Source: Eledone cirrhosa
Lineage: Eukaryota
Length of the DNA: 64,000 nucleotides
Assembly: GCA_964016885.1 (NCBI GenBank)
Contig: OZ024743.1
Span: 137,702,001 to 137,766,000 of the forward strand
Reading direction: 5' to 3'
The translations under genes and the position numbers were made by a program. The notes under the pieces are model-generated. The model saw nothing but the letters and a program-made list of their open reading frames with translations. It had not been told where the DNA came from and made no database searches. Shown one piece after another: positions 27,901 to 40,369 of the stretch (position 1 is its first letter; each line of letters starts with the position of its first letter).

Positions 27901-30300
27901 TTTTGTGTTTCGTGTTTGGTTTTTGGTGCTTGGTGCTTGGTGCTTGGTCCTTGGTGTTAGGTGCTGGGTGCTTTGTGTTTGGTGCTTGGTGCTTGGTGTT
28001 TGGTGTTTGCTGCTTGGTGTTTGATGCTTGGTGTTTGGTGCTTGGTGCTTGGTGCTTGGTGTTTGTACTTGGTGCTTAGTGCTTGGTGTTTGGTTCTTGG
28101 TTCTTGGTGTTTGGTGCTTGGCATTTGGTGTTTGGTGCTTGGTGCTTGGTGTTTTTGGTGCTTGGTGCTTGGTGTTTGGTGCCTGGTGCTTGGTGCTTGG
28201 TGCTTGGTGTTTGGAGTTTGGTGTTTGGTGCTTGGTGCTTGGTGCTTGGTCCTTGGTGTTTGGTGCTGGGTGCTTTGTGTTTGGTGATTGGTGCTTGGTG
28301 TTTGGTGTTTGCTGCTTGGTGTTTGATGCTTGGTCCTTGGTGTTTTGTGTTTGGTGCTTGGTGCTTGGTGTTTGGTGCTTGGTGCTTGGTGCTTGGTGTT
28401 TGTACTTGGTGCTTGGTGTTTGGTGTTTGGTTCTTGGTTCTTGGTGTTTGGTACTTGGTGCTTGGTGCTTGGTGCTTGGTGTTAGGTATTTGGTGCTTGG
28501 TGCTTCGTGTTTGGTGCTTGGTGTTTGGTGTTTGCTGTTTGGAGTTTGGTGTTTGGTGTTTGGTTTTGCTGTCTAGTGTCTGCTTTTTGGTGTTTAGTGT
28601 TTGCTGTATGGTGTTTGCTGTTTCGTGTTTGGTGTTTGCTGTTTGGTGTTTGGTCTTTGGTGCTTGGTGTTTGGTGCTTGGTGTTTGGTGTTTGGTGCTT
28701 GCTGCTTGGTGTTTGGTGTTTGGTGCTTGGTGCTTGGTGTTTGGTGTTTAGTGTTTGGTGCTTGGTGTCTGGTGCTTGGTGTTTGGTGTTTGGTGCTTGG
28801 TGTTTGGTGTTTGGTGATTGGTGCTTGGTGTTTGGTGTTTGCTGCTTGGTGTTTGATGCTTGGTGCTTGGTGTTTTGTGTTTGGTGCTTGGTGCTTGGTG
28901 TTTGGTGCTTGGTGCTTGGTGCTTGGTGTTTGTACTTGGTGCTTGGTGCTTGGTGTTTGGTTCTTGGTTCTTGGTGTTTGGTACTTGGTGCTTGGTGTTT
29001 GGTGTTTGCTGTTTGGTGTTTGGTGTTTGGTGTTTGGTGTTTGCTGTTTGGTGTCTGCTTTTTGGTGTTTAGTGTTTGCTGTATGGTGTTTGGTGTTTGC
29101 TGTTTCGTGTTTGGTCTTTGGTGCTTGGTGTTTGGTGCTCGGTTCTTGGTGTTTGGTATTCGGTGCTTGGTGCTTAGTGTTTGGTGCTTGGTGTTTGGTG
29201 TTTGGTGTTTGGTGCTTGGTGTCTGGTGCTTGGTGTTTGGTGCTTGGTGTTTGGTGTTTGGTGCTTGGTGTTTGGTGTTTGGTGTTTGGTGCTTGGTGCT
29301 TGGTGTTTGGTGTCTGGTGTTTGGTGCTTGGTGTCTGGTGCTTGGTGTTTGGTGTTTGGTGCTTGGTGTTTGGTGTTTGGTGTTTGGTGCTTGGTGCTTG
29401 GTGCTTGGTGTTTGGTGTTTGGTGTTTGGTGCTTGGTGCTTGGTGTTTGGTGCTTGGTGCTGAGTGGTTGGTGTTTGGTGCTTGGTGTTTGGTGCTGGGT
29501 GCTTGGTTTTTGGTCCTGGGTGCTTGGTGTTTGGTGCTTGGTGCTTGGTGCTTGGTGTTTGGTGCTTGGTGCTTGGTGTTTGGTGCTTGGTGCTTAGTGT
29601 TTGGTGCTAGGGGCTTGGTGTTTGGTGCTTGGTGTTTGGTGCTTGGTGCTTGGTGTTTGGTGTTTGGTGTTTGGTGCTTGGTGTTTGGTGCTTGGTGCTT
29701 GGTGTTTGGTGTTTGGTGCTTGGTGCTTGGTGCTTGGTGTTTGGTGTTTGGTGTTTGGTGCTTGGTGCTTGGTGTTTGGTGCTTGGTGCTGAGTGGTTGG
29801 TGTTTGGTGCTTGGTGTTTGGTGCTGGGTGCTTGGTTTTTGGTCCTGGGTGCTTGGTGTTTGGTGCTTGGTGCTTGGTGCTTGGTGTTTGGTGCTTGGTG
29901 CTTGGTGTTTGGTGCTTGGTGCTTAGTGTTTGGTGCTAGGTGCTTGGTGTTTGGTGCTTGGTGTTTGGTGCTTGGTTCTTGGTGTTTGGTGTTTGGTGTT
30001 TGGTGCTTGGTGCTTGGTGTTTGCTGTTTGGTGTTTGGTGTTTGTTGTTTGGTGTTTGTTGTTTGGTGTTTGCTGTTTGGTGTTTGGTGTTTGCTATTTG
30101 GTGTTTGGTGTTTGCTGTATGTTGTTTGCTGTTTGGTGTTTGGTGTTTGGTGTTTGGTGTTTGGTGTTTGGTGTTTGGTGCTTGGTGTTTGGTGCTTGGT
30201 GCTTGGTGTTTGGTGCCTGGTGCTTGGTGCTTGATACTTGGTGTTTGGTTTTTGGTGCTTGGTGCTTGGTGCTTGGTCCTTGGTGTTTGGTGCTTGGTGC
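24990..30300 (+). repeat. About 3180-bp higher-order duplication, related to the block at about 17400-19230
   Basis: ORF pairs 25327/28507, 25421/28601, 26421/29601 and 26750/29930 are all offset by 3180. ORF 17513..18469 is near-identical to 25327..26283. Confidence 0.88.
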
Positions 30301-32400
30301 TTGGTGTTTGGTGCTTGGTGCTTGGTGCTTGGTGTTTGTACTTGGTGCTTGGTGCTTGGTGTTTGGTTCTTGGTTCTTGGTGTTTGGTGTTTTGCGTTTG
30401 GTATTTGGTGCTTGGTGTTTGGTGCTTGGTGCTTGGTGTTTGGTGCCTGGTGCTTGGTGCTTGGTGCTTGGTGTTTGGTGTTTGGTGCTTGGTGCTTGGA
30501 GTTTGGTGTTTGGTGCTTGGTGCTTGGTGCTTGGTCCTTGGTGTTTGGTGCTGGGTGCTTTGTGTTTGGTGATTGGTGCTTGGTGTTTGGTGTTTGCTGC
30601 TTGGTGTTTGATGCTTGGTGTTTTGTATTTGGTGCTTGGTGCTTGGTGTTTGGTGCTTGGTGCTTGGTGCTTGGTGTCTCTACTTGGTGCTTGGTGCTTG
30701 GTGTTTGGTTCTTGGTTCTTGGTGTTTGGTACTTGGTGCTTGGTGCTTGGTGCTTGATGTTTGGTGTTTGGTGCTTGGTGTTTGGTGCTTGGTGGTTGGT
30801 GCTTGGTGCTTGGTGCTTGGTGCTTGGTGTTTGGTGCTTGGTGTTTGGTGTTTGCTGTTTGGTGTTTGGTGTTTGCTGTTTGGTGTTTGCTGTTTGGTGT
30901 TTGGTGTTTGCTGTTTGGTGTTTGGTCTTTGGTGCTTGGTGTTTGGTGCTTGGTGTTTGGTGTTTGGTGCTTGGTGCTTGGTGTTTGGTGTTTGGTGCTT
31001 GGTGCTTGGTGTTTGGTGTTTGGTGTTTGGTGCTTGGTGTCTGGTGCTTGGTGTTTGGTGTTTGGTGCTTGGTGTTTGGTGTTTGGTGCTTGGTGCTTGG
31101 TGTTTGGTGTTTGGTGCTTGGTGTTTGGTGTTTGGTGCTTGTTGCTTGGTGCTTGATGTTTGGTGCTTGGTGCTTGGTGTTTGGTGCTGGGTGTTTGGTG
31201 TTTGGTGCTTGGTGCTTGGTGTTTGGTGCTTGGTGCTGAGTGGTTGGTGTTTGGTGCTTGGTGTTTGGTGCTGGGTGCTTGGTGTTTGGTGCTGGGTGCT
31301 TGGTGTTTGGTGCTTGGTGCTTGGTCTTTGGTGCTTGGTTTTTGGTGCTTGGTGCTTGGTGCTTGGTGTTTGGTGCTTGGTGCTTGGTGTTTGGTGCTTG
31401 GTGCTTGGTGTTTGCTGTTTGCTGTTTGGTGTTTGTTGTTTGGTGTTTGTTGTTTGGTGTTTGCTGTTTGGTGTTTGGTGTTTGCTTTTTGGTGTTTGGT
31501 GTTTGCTGTATGTTGTTTGCTGTTTGGTGTTTGGTGTTTGGTGTTTGGTGCTTGGTGCTTGGTGTTTGGTGCCTGGTGCTTGGTGCTTGGTGCTTGGTGT
31601 TTGGTGTTTGGTGCTTGGTGCTTGGTGCTTGGTGTTTGGTGTTTGGTGCTTGGTGCTTGGTGTTTTGTGTTTCGTGTTTGGTTTTTGGTGCTTGGTGCTT
31701 GGTGCTTGGTCCTTGGTGTTAGGTGCTGGGTGCTTTGTGTTTGGTGCTTGGTGCTTGGTGTTTGGTGTTTGCTGCTTGGTGCTTGATGCTTGGTGTTTGG
31801 TGCTTGGTGCTTGGTGCTTGGTGTTTGTACTTGGTGCTTGGTGCTTGGTGTTTGGTTCTTGGTTCTTGGTGTTTGGTGTTTGGCATTTGGTGTTTGGTGC
31901 TTGGTGCTTCGTGTTTGGTGCTTGGTGCTTGGTGTTTGGTGCCTGGTGCTTGGTGCTTGGTGCTTGGTGTTTGGTGTTTGGGGCTTGGTGCTTGGAGTTT
32001 GGTGTTTGGTGCTTGGTGCTTGGTGCTTGGTGTTTGGTGCTGGGTGCTTTGTGTTTGGTGATTGGTGCTTGGTGTTTGGTGTTTGCTGCTTGGTGTTTGA
32101 TGCTTGGTGCTTAGTGTTTTGTGTTTGGTGCTTGGTGCTTGGTGTTTGGTGCTTGGTGCTTGGTGCTTGGTGTTTGTACTTGGTGCTTGGTGTTTGGTGT
32201 TTGGTTCTTGGTTCTTGGTGTTTGGTACGTGGTGCTTGGTGCTTGGTGCTTGGAGTTAGGTATTTGGTGCTTGGTGCTTCGTGTTTGGTGCTTGGTGTTT
32301 GGTGTTTGCTGTTTGGAGTTTGGTGTTTGGTGTTTGGTTTTGCTGTCTGGTGTCTGCTTTTTGGTGTTTAGTGTTTGCTGTATGGTGTTTGCTGTTTCGT

Positions 32401-32430
32401 GTTTGGTGTTTGCACCCAACACCAAACACC
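32401..32430. other. Spacer-less inversion junction (strand switch) between the two arms
   Basis: Sequence reads gtttggtgtttg-c-acccaacaccaaacacc. C32413 can belong to either arm (1-bp overlap), and there is no inserted foreign DNA. Confidence 0.97.
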
Positions 32431-35400
32431 AAACATCAAACACCAATCACGAATCACCAAACAGCAAACAGCAAACACCAAACACCAAACACCAAACACC
32501 AAGCACCAAGCACCAAACACCAAACACCAAGCACCAAGCACCAAACACCAAATACCAAGCACCAAGCACCAAGCACCAAGCACCAAACACCAAGCACCAA
32601 GCACCAAGCACCAAACACCAAGCACCAAACACCAAGCACCAGACACGAAGCACCAAGCACCAAATACCAAGCACCAAAAACCAAGCACCAAGCTCCAAGG
32701 ACCAAACACCAAGCACCACACACCAAACACCAAGCACCAAGCATGAAACACCAAGCATCAAGCGCCAAATACCAAACACCAAGCACCAAGCACCAAATAC
32801 CAAGCACCAAGCACCAAGCACCAAGCACCAAACACCAAACACCAAACACCAAACAGCAAACAGCAAACTCCAAACACCAAACACCAAACAGCAAACACCA
32901 AACACCAAACAGCAAACACCAAACAGCAAACAGCAAACACCAAACACCAACCAGCAAACACCAAGCACCAAACACCAAGCACCAAGCAACAAGCACCAAT
33001 CACCAAGCACCAAGCACTAAACACCAAACACCAAGCACCAAGCACCATGGACCAAACACCAAGCATCAAGCACCAAGCACCAAACGCCAAGCACCAAGCA
33101 CCAAACACCAAGCACCAAGCACCATGCACCAAACACCAAGCACCAAAGACCAAGCACCAAATACCAAGCACCAAGCACCAAACACCAATCACCAAGCACC
33201 AAGCACCAAACACCAAGAACCCAGCACCAATCACTAAACACCAAACACCAAGCACCAAGCACCAAGTACCAAACTCCAAACACCAAACACCAAGCACCAA
33301 GCACCAAATCGCAAGCACCAAACACCAAGCACCAAGCACCAAACACCAAACACCAAGCACCAAGCACCATGGACCAATCACCAAACACCAAGCACCAAGC
33401 ACCAAACACCAAACACTAAGCACCAAGCACCAAACAGCAAACACCAAGCACCTAGCACCAAGCACCAAGCACCAAGCACCAAACACCAAGCACCAAGCAC
33501 CAAGCCCCAAACACCAAGCACCAAACACCAAGCACCAGACACGAAGCACCAAGCACCAAATACCAAGCACCAAAAACCAAGCACCAAGCTCCAAGGACCA
33601 AACACCAAGCACCAAACACCAAACACCAAGCACCAAGCATGAAACACCAAGCACCAAGCGCCAAACACCAAACACCAAGCACCAAGCACCAAATACCAAG
33701 CACCAAGCACCAAGCACCAAGCACCAAACACCAAACACCAAACACCAAACACAAAACAGCAAACAGCAAACTCCAAACACCAAACACCAAACAGCAAACA
33801 CCAAACACCAAACAGCAAACACCAAACAGCAAACACCAAACACCAACCAGCAAACACCAAACACCAAACACCAAACAGCAAACGCCAAACAGCAAACGCC
33901 AAACACCAAACGCCAAACAGTAAGCACCAAGCACCAAACACCAAACACCAAGCACCAAGCACCAAACACCAAACACCAAGCACCAAGCACCAAACACCAA
34001 ACACCAAGCACCAAGCACTAAACACCAAACACCAAGCACCAAGCACCAAGCCCCAAACACCAAGCACCAAGCACCAAGCACCAAACACCAAGCACCAAGC
34101 ACCAAACACGAACCAGCAAACACCAAACACCAAACACCAAACAGCAAACACAAAACACCAAACACCAAATAGCAAACGCCGAAAAGCAAACGCCAAACCC
34201 CAAACGCCAAACAGCAAACGCCAAGCACCAAACACCAAACACCAAGCACCAAGCACCAAACACCAAACACCAAGCACCAAGCACCAAACACCAAACACCA
34301 AGCACCTAGCACCAAATAGCAAACACCAAGCCCCAAGCACCAAACACCCAACACCAAACACCAAACATCAAACACCAATCACGAATCACCAAACAGCAAA
34401 CAGCAAACACCAAACACCAAATACCAAACACCAAGCACCAAGCACCAAACACCAAACACCAAGCACCAAGCACCAAACACCAAATACCAAGCACCAAGCA
34501 CCAAGCACCAAGCACCAAACACCAAGCACCAAGCACCAAGCACCAAACACCAAGCACCAAACACCAAGCACCAGACACGAAGCACCAAGCACCAAATACC
34601 AAGCACCAAAAACCAAGCACCAAGCTCCAAGGACCAAACACCAAGCACCAAACACCAAACACCAAGCACCAAGCATGAAACACCAAGCACCAAGCGCCAA
34701 ACACCAAACACCAAGCACCAAGCACCAAATACCAAGCACCAAGCACCAAGCACCAAGCACCAAACACCAAACACCAAACACCAAACAGCAAACAGCAAAC
34801 TCCAAACACCAAACACCAAACAGCAAACACCAAACACCAAACAGCAAACACAAAACAGCAAACAGCAAACACCAAACACCAACCAGCAAACACCAAGCAC
34901 CAAACACCAAGCACCAAGCAACAAGCACCAATCACCAAGCACCAAGCACTAAACACCAAACACCAAGCACCAAGCACCATGGACCAAACACCAAGCATCA
35001 AGCACCAAGCACCAAACGCCAAGCACCAAGCACCAAACACCAAGCACCAAGCACCATGCACCAAACACCAAGCACCAAACACCAAGCACCAAATACCAAG
35101 CACCAAGCACCAAACACCAATCACCAAGCACCAAGCACCAAACACCAAGAACCCAGCACCAATCACTAAACACCAAACACCAAGCACCAAGCACCAAGTA
35201 CCAAACTCCAAACACCAAACACCAAGCACCAAGCACCAAATCGCAAGCACCAAACACCAAGCACCAAGAACCAAACACCAAACACCAAGCACCAAGCACC
35301 ATGCACCAATCACCAAACACCAAGCACCAAGCACCAAAGACCAAACACTAAGCACCAAGCACCAAACACCAAACACCAAGCACCTAGCACCAAGCACCAA

Positions 35401-38400
35401 GCACCAAGCACCAAACACCAAGCACCAAGCACCAAGCCCCAAACACCAAGCACCAAACACCAAGCACCAGACACGAAGCACCAAGCACCAAATACCAAGC
35501 ACCAAAAACCAAGCACCAAGCTCCAAGGACCAAATACCAAGCACCAAACACCAAACACCAAGCACCAAGCCTGAAACACCAAGCACCAAGCGCCAAACAC
35601 CAAACACCAAGCACCAAGCACCAAATAACAAGCACCAAGCACCAAGCACCAAGCACCAAACACCAAACACCAAACACCAAACACCAAACACCAAACAGCA
35701 AACTCCAAACACCAAACACCAAACAGCAAACACCAAACAGCAAACACCAAACACCAACCAGCAAACACCAAACACCAAACACCAAACAGCAAACGCCAAA
35801 CATCAAACGCCAAACACCAAACGCCAAACAGCAAACGCCAAACACCAAACGCCAAACAGTAAGCACCAAGCACCAAACACCAAACACCAAGCACCAAGCA
35901 CCAAACACCAAACACCAAGCACCAAGCACCAAACACCAAACACCAAGCACCAAGCACTAAACACCAAACACCAAGCACCAAGCACCAAGCCCCAAACACC
36001 AAGCACCAAACACCAAGCACCAAACACCAAGCACCAAACACCAAGCACCAAACACCAAGCACCAAGCACCAAGCACCAAACACCAAGCACCAAGCACCAA
36101 ACACCAACCAGCAAACACCAAACACCAAACACCAAACAGCAAACTCCAAACACCAAACACCAAATAGCAAACGCCAAAAAGCAAACGCCAAACCCCAAAC
36201 GCCAAACAGCAAACGCCAAGCACCAAACACCAAACACCAAGCGCCAAGCACCAAACAGCAAACACCAAGCACCAAGCACCAAACACCAAACACCAAGCAC
36301 CAAGTACCAAAGAGCAAACACCAAGCCCCAAGCACCAAACACCCAACACCAAACACCAAACATCAAACACCAATCACGAATCACCAAACAGCAAACAGCA
36401 AACACCAAACACCAAACACCAAACACCAAGCACCAAGCACCAAACACCAAACACCAAGCACCAAGCACCAAACACCAAATACCAAGCACCAAGCACCAAG
36501 CACCAAGCACCAAGCACCAAACACCAAGCACCAAGCACCAAGCACCAAACACCAAGCACCAAACACCAAGCACCAGACACGAAGCACCAAGCACCAAATA
36601 CCAAGCACCAAAAACCAAGCACCAAGCTCCAAGGACCAAACACCAAGCACCAAACACCAAACACCAAGCACCAAGCATGAAACACCAAGCACCAAGCGCC
36701 AAACACCAAAAACCAAGCACCAAGCACCAAATACCAAGCACCAAGCACCAAGCACCAAGCACCAAACACCAAACACCAAACACCAAACAGCAAACAGCAA
36801 ACTCCAAACACCAAACACCAAACAGCAAACACCAAACACCAAACAGCAAACACCAAACAGCAAACAGCAAACACCAAACACCAACCAGCAAACACCAAGC
36901 ACCAAACACCAAGCACCAAGCAACAAGCACCAATCACCAAGCACCAAGCACTAAACACCAAACCCCAAGCACCAAGCACCATGGACCAAACAACAAGCAT
37001 CAAGCACCAAGCACCAAACGCCAAGCACCAAGCACCAAACACCAAGCACCAAGCACCATGCACCAAACACCAAGCACCAAAGGCCAAGCACCAAATACCA
37101 AGCACCAAGCACCAAACACCAATCACCAAGCACCAAACACCAAACACCAAGAACCCAGCACCAATCACTAAACACCAAACACCAAGCACCAAGCACCAAA
37201 TCCCAAGCACCAAACACCAAGCACCAAGCACCAAACACCAAACACCAAGCACCAAGCACCATGCACCAATCACCAAACACCAAGCACCAAGCACCAAACA
37301 CCAAACACCAAGCACCAAGCACCAAACACCAAACACCAAGCACCTAGCACCAAGCACCAAGCACCAAGCACCAAACACCAAGCACCAAGCACCAAGCCCC
37401 AAACACCAAGCACCAAACACCAAGCACCAGACACGAAGCACCAAGCACCAAATACCAAGCACCAAGCTCCAAGGACCAAACACCAAGCACCAAACACCAA
37501 ACACCAAGCACCAAGCATGAAACACCAAGCACCAATCGCCAAACACCAAACACCAAGCACCAAGCACCAAATACCAAGCACCAAGCACCAAGCACCAAGC
37601 ACCAAACACCAAACACCAAACACCAAACACCAAACAGCAAACAGCAAACTCCAAACACCAAACACCAAACAGCAAACACCAAACACCAAACAGCAAACAC
37701 CAAACAGCAAACACCAAACACCAAACACCAACCAGCAAACACCAAACACCAAACACCAAACAGCAAACGCCAAACATCAAACGCCAGACACCAAACGCCA
37801 AACAGCAAACGCCAAACACCAAACGCCAAACAGCAAGCACCAAGCACCAAACACCAAACACCAAGCACCAAGCACCAAACACCAAACACCAAGCACCAAG
37901 CACCAAACACCAAACACCAAGCACCAAGCACTAAACACCAAACACCAAGCACCAAGCACCAAGCACCAAACACCAAGCACCAAACACCAAGCACCAAACA
38001 CCAAGCACCAAGCACCAAGCACCAAGCACCAAACACCAAGCACCAAGCACCAAACACCAACCAGCAAACACCAAACACCAAACACCAAACAGCAAACACC
38101 AAACACCAAACACCAAATAGCAAACGCCAAAAAGCAAACGCCAAGCCCCAAACGCCAAACAGCAAACGCCAAGCACCAAACACCAAACACCAAGCGCCAA
38201 GCACCAAACACCAAACACCAAGCACCAAGCACCAAACACCAAACACCAAGCACCAAGCACCAAAGAGCAAACACCAAGCCCCAAGCACCAAACACCCAAC
38301 ACCAAACACCAAACATCAAACACCAATCACGAATCACCAAACAGCAAACAGCAAACACCAAACACCAAACACCAAACACCAAGCACCAAGCACCAAACAC

Positions 38401-38450
38401 CAAACACCAAGCACCAAGCACCAAACACCAAACACCAAGCACCAAGCACT
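32413..38450 (-). repeat. About 1.95-kb higher-order repeat, three copies plus the start of a fourth, beginning at the junction
   Basis: CACCCAACACC occurs at 32413, 34345, 36340 and 38293, and GAATCACC at 32451, 34383, 36378 and 38331. Periods are 1932, 1995 and 1953 (276, 285 and 279 x 7). The internal marker GCTCCAAGGACC occurs at 32692/33588, 34624/35520 and 36626/37466. Confidence 0.93.
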
Positions 38451-40369
38451 AAACACCAAACACCAAGCAGCAAGCACCAAGCACCAAACACCAAGCACCA
38501 AGCACCAGGCACCAAACACCAAGCACCAAGCACCAGACACCAAAAACCAAGCACCAAACAACAAGCACCAAACACCAAGCACCAAGCACCAAGCACCAGA
38601 TACCAAGCACCAAGCACCAAGCACCAAACACCAAACACCAAGCACCAAGTACCACGTACCAAACACCAAACACCAAGCACCAAACACCAAGCACCAAACA
38701 CCAAGCACCAAGCACCAAAACACCAAAAACCAAGCACCAAGCACTAAACACCAAGCACCAAGCACCAAGCACCAAGCACCAAACACCAAGCACCAAGCAG
38801 CAGGCACCAAGCACCAAACACCAAGCATCAAGCACCAAACAGCAAACATCAAGCACCAAACACCAAACACCAAGTACCAAGCACCAAACACCAAACACCA
38901 AGGACCAAACAGCAAACACCAAACAGCAAACACCAAACACCAAACACCAACCAGCAAACACCAAACACCAAACACCAAACCACAAACACCAAACAGCAAA
39001 CACCAAACAGCAAAGACCAAACACCAAAGACCAAACAGCAAACGCCAAAAAGCAAACGCCAAACCCCAAACGCCAAACAGCAAATGCCAAACCCCAAATG
39101 CCAAACAGCAAACGCCAAGCACCAAACACCAAACACCTAGCACCAAGCACCAAACCCCAAACACCAAACACCAAGTACAAAACACCAACCACCAAGCACC
39201 AAACACCAAACAGCAAACGCCAAAAAGCAAATGCCAAACCCCATACGCCAAACAGGAAATGCCAAACCCCAAACGCCAAACAGCAAACGCCAAGCACCAA
39301 ACACCAAACACCAAGTGCCAAGCACCAAACACCAAACACCAAGCACCAAGCACCAAACACCAAACACCAAGCAGCAATCACCAAACACCAAGCACCAAGC
39401 GCCAAACACCAAACACCAAACTCCTAGCACCAAGCACCAAGCACCAAACACCAAGCACCAAACACCAAGCACCAAGCACAAAGCACCAAGCACCAAACAC
39501 CAATCACCAAGCCCCAAGCACCAAACACCAAACACCAAGCACCAAGCACCAAGCACCAAGCACCAGACACCAAACACCAAGCACGAAGCACCAAACACCA
39601 AAAACCAATCACCAAGCCCCAAGTACCAAACACCAAGCACCAAACACCAAACAGCAAACACTAAACAACAAACTCCAAACAGCAAACACCAAACACCAAA
39701 TATCAAACACCAAACAGCAAACACCAAACAGCAAACAGCAAACACCAAACACCAACCAGCAAACACCAAACAGCAAACACCAAACAGCAAACGCCAAACA
39801 GCAAACACAAACACCAAACACCAAACACCAAGCACCAAGCACCAAGCACAAAACACCAAGCACCAAGCGCCAAACACCAAACACCAAGCACTAAGCACCA
39901 AGCACCAAGCACCAAACACCAAACACCAAACACCAAACAGCAAACACCAATCACCAAACACCAAACACGAAACACCAAACAGCAAACACCAAACACCAAA
40001 CACCAAACACCAAACAGCAAACACCAAACACCAAACACCAAACAGCAAACACCAAACAGCAAACACCAAACAGCAAACACCAAACAGCAAACACCAAACA
40101 GCAAACAGCAAACACCAAACACCAAGCACCAAACACCAAGCACCAAGCAACAAGCGCCAATCAGCAAGCACCAAGCACTAAACACCAAACACCAAGCACC
40201 AAGCACCATGCACCAAACACCAAGCATGAAGCACCAAGCACCAAACGCCAAGCACCAAGCACCAAACACCAAGCACCAAGCACCAAGCACCAGACACCAA
40301 GCACCAAAGACCAAGCACCAAATACCAAGCACCAAGCCCTAAACACCAATCACCAAGCCCCAAGCACCA

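Larger units (their letters stand above)
1..32413 (+). repeat. 7-bp tandem satellite array, left arm: (TTGGTGY)n, G/T-rich strand on +, open at window start
   Basis: Continuous TTGGTGC/TTGGTGT units across about 32.4 kb (roughly 4,600 units by length/7). There is almost no A on +. Scattered variant units include TAGGTGT, TTGATGC, TTGCTGT, TATATGC and the 6-bp TTGTAC. Confidence 0.99.

Noticed and set aside
32413-32413. GC/AT skew inversion as a replication origin or terminus signal
   Set aside because: The skew flip is fully explained by the orientation switch of an asymmetric monomer, and no origin or terminus motifs are visible.
1-32413. Strong G-quadruplex array
   Set aside because: G runs are only GG with 5-nt loops, so at most weak two-tier structures are possible. 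GGG and GGGG variants are sparse.
32411-32414. TGCA palindrome at the junction as a specific recombinase or nuclease site
   Set aside because: It is only 4 bp and arises automatically from joining TTTG(C) to (C)ACCC, so it does not support a site-specific mechanism.
34979-37171. 730-aa ORF of TKHQAPS/TKHQTPN heptads (and similar ORFs, e.g. 53770..55176), superficially mucin-like or RNA polymerase II CTD-like
   Set aside because: It is the translation of the C-rich strand. Periodicity is 7 nt rather than a codon multiple, there is no sign of synonymous-site bias, and its length is explained by the absence of frameshifting monomers.
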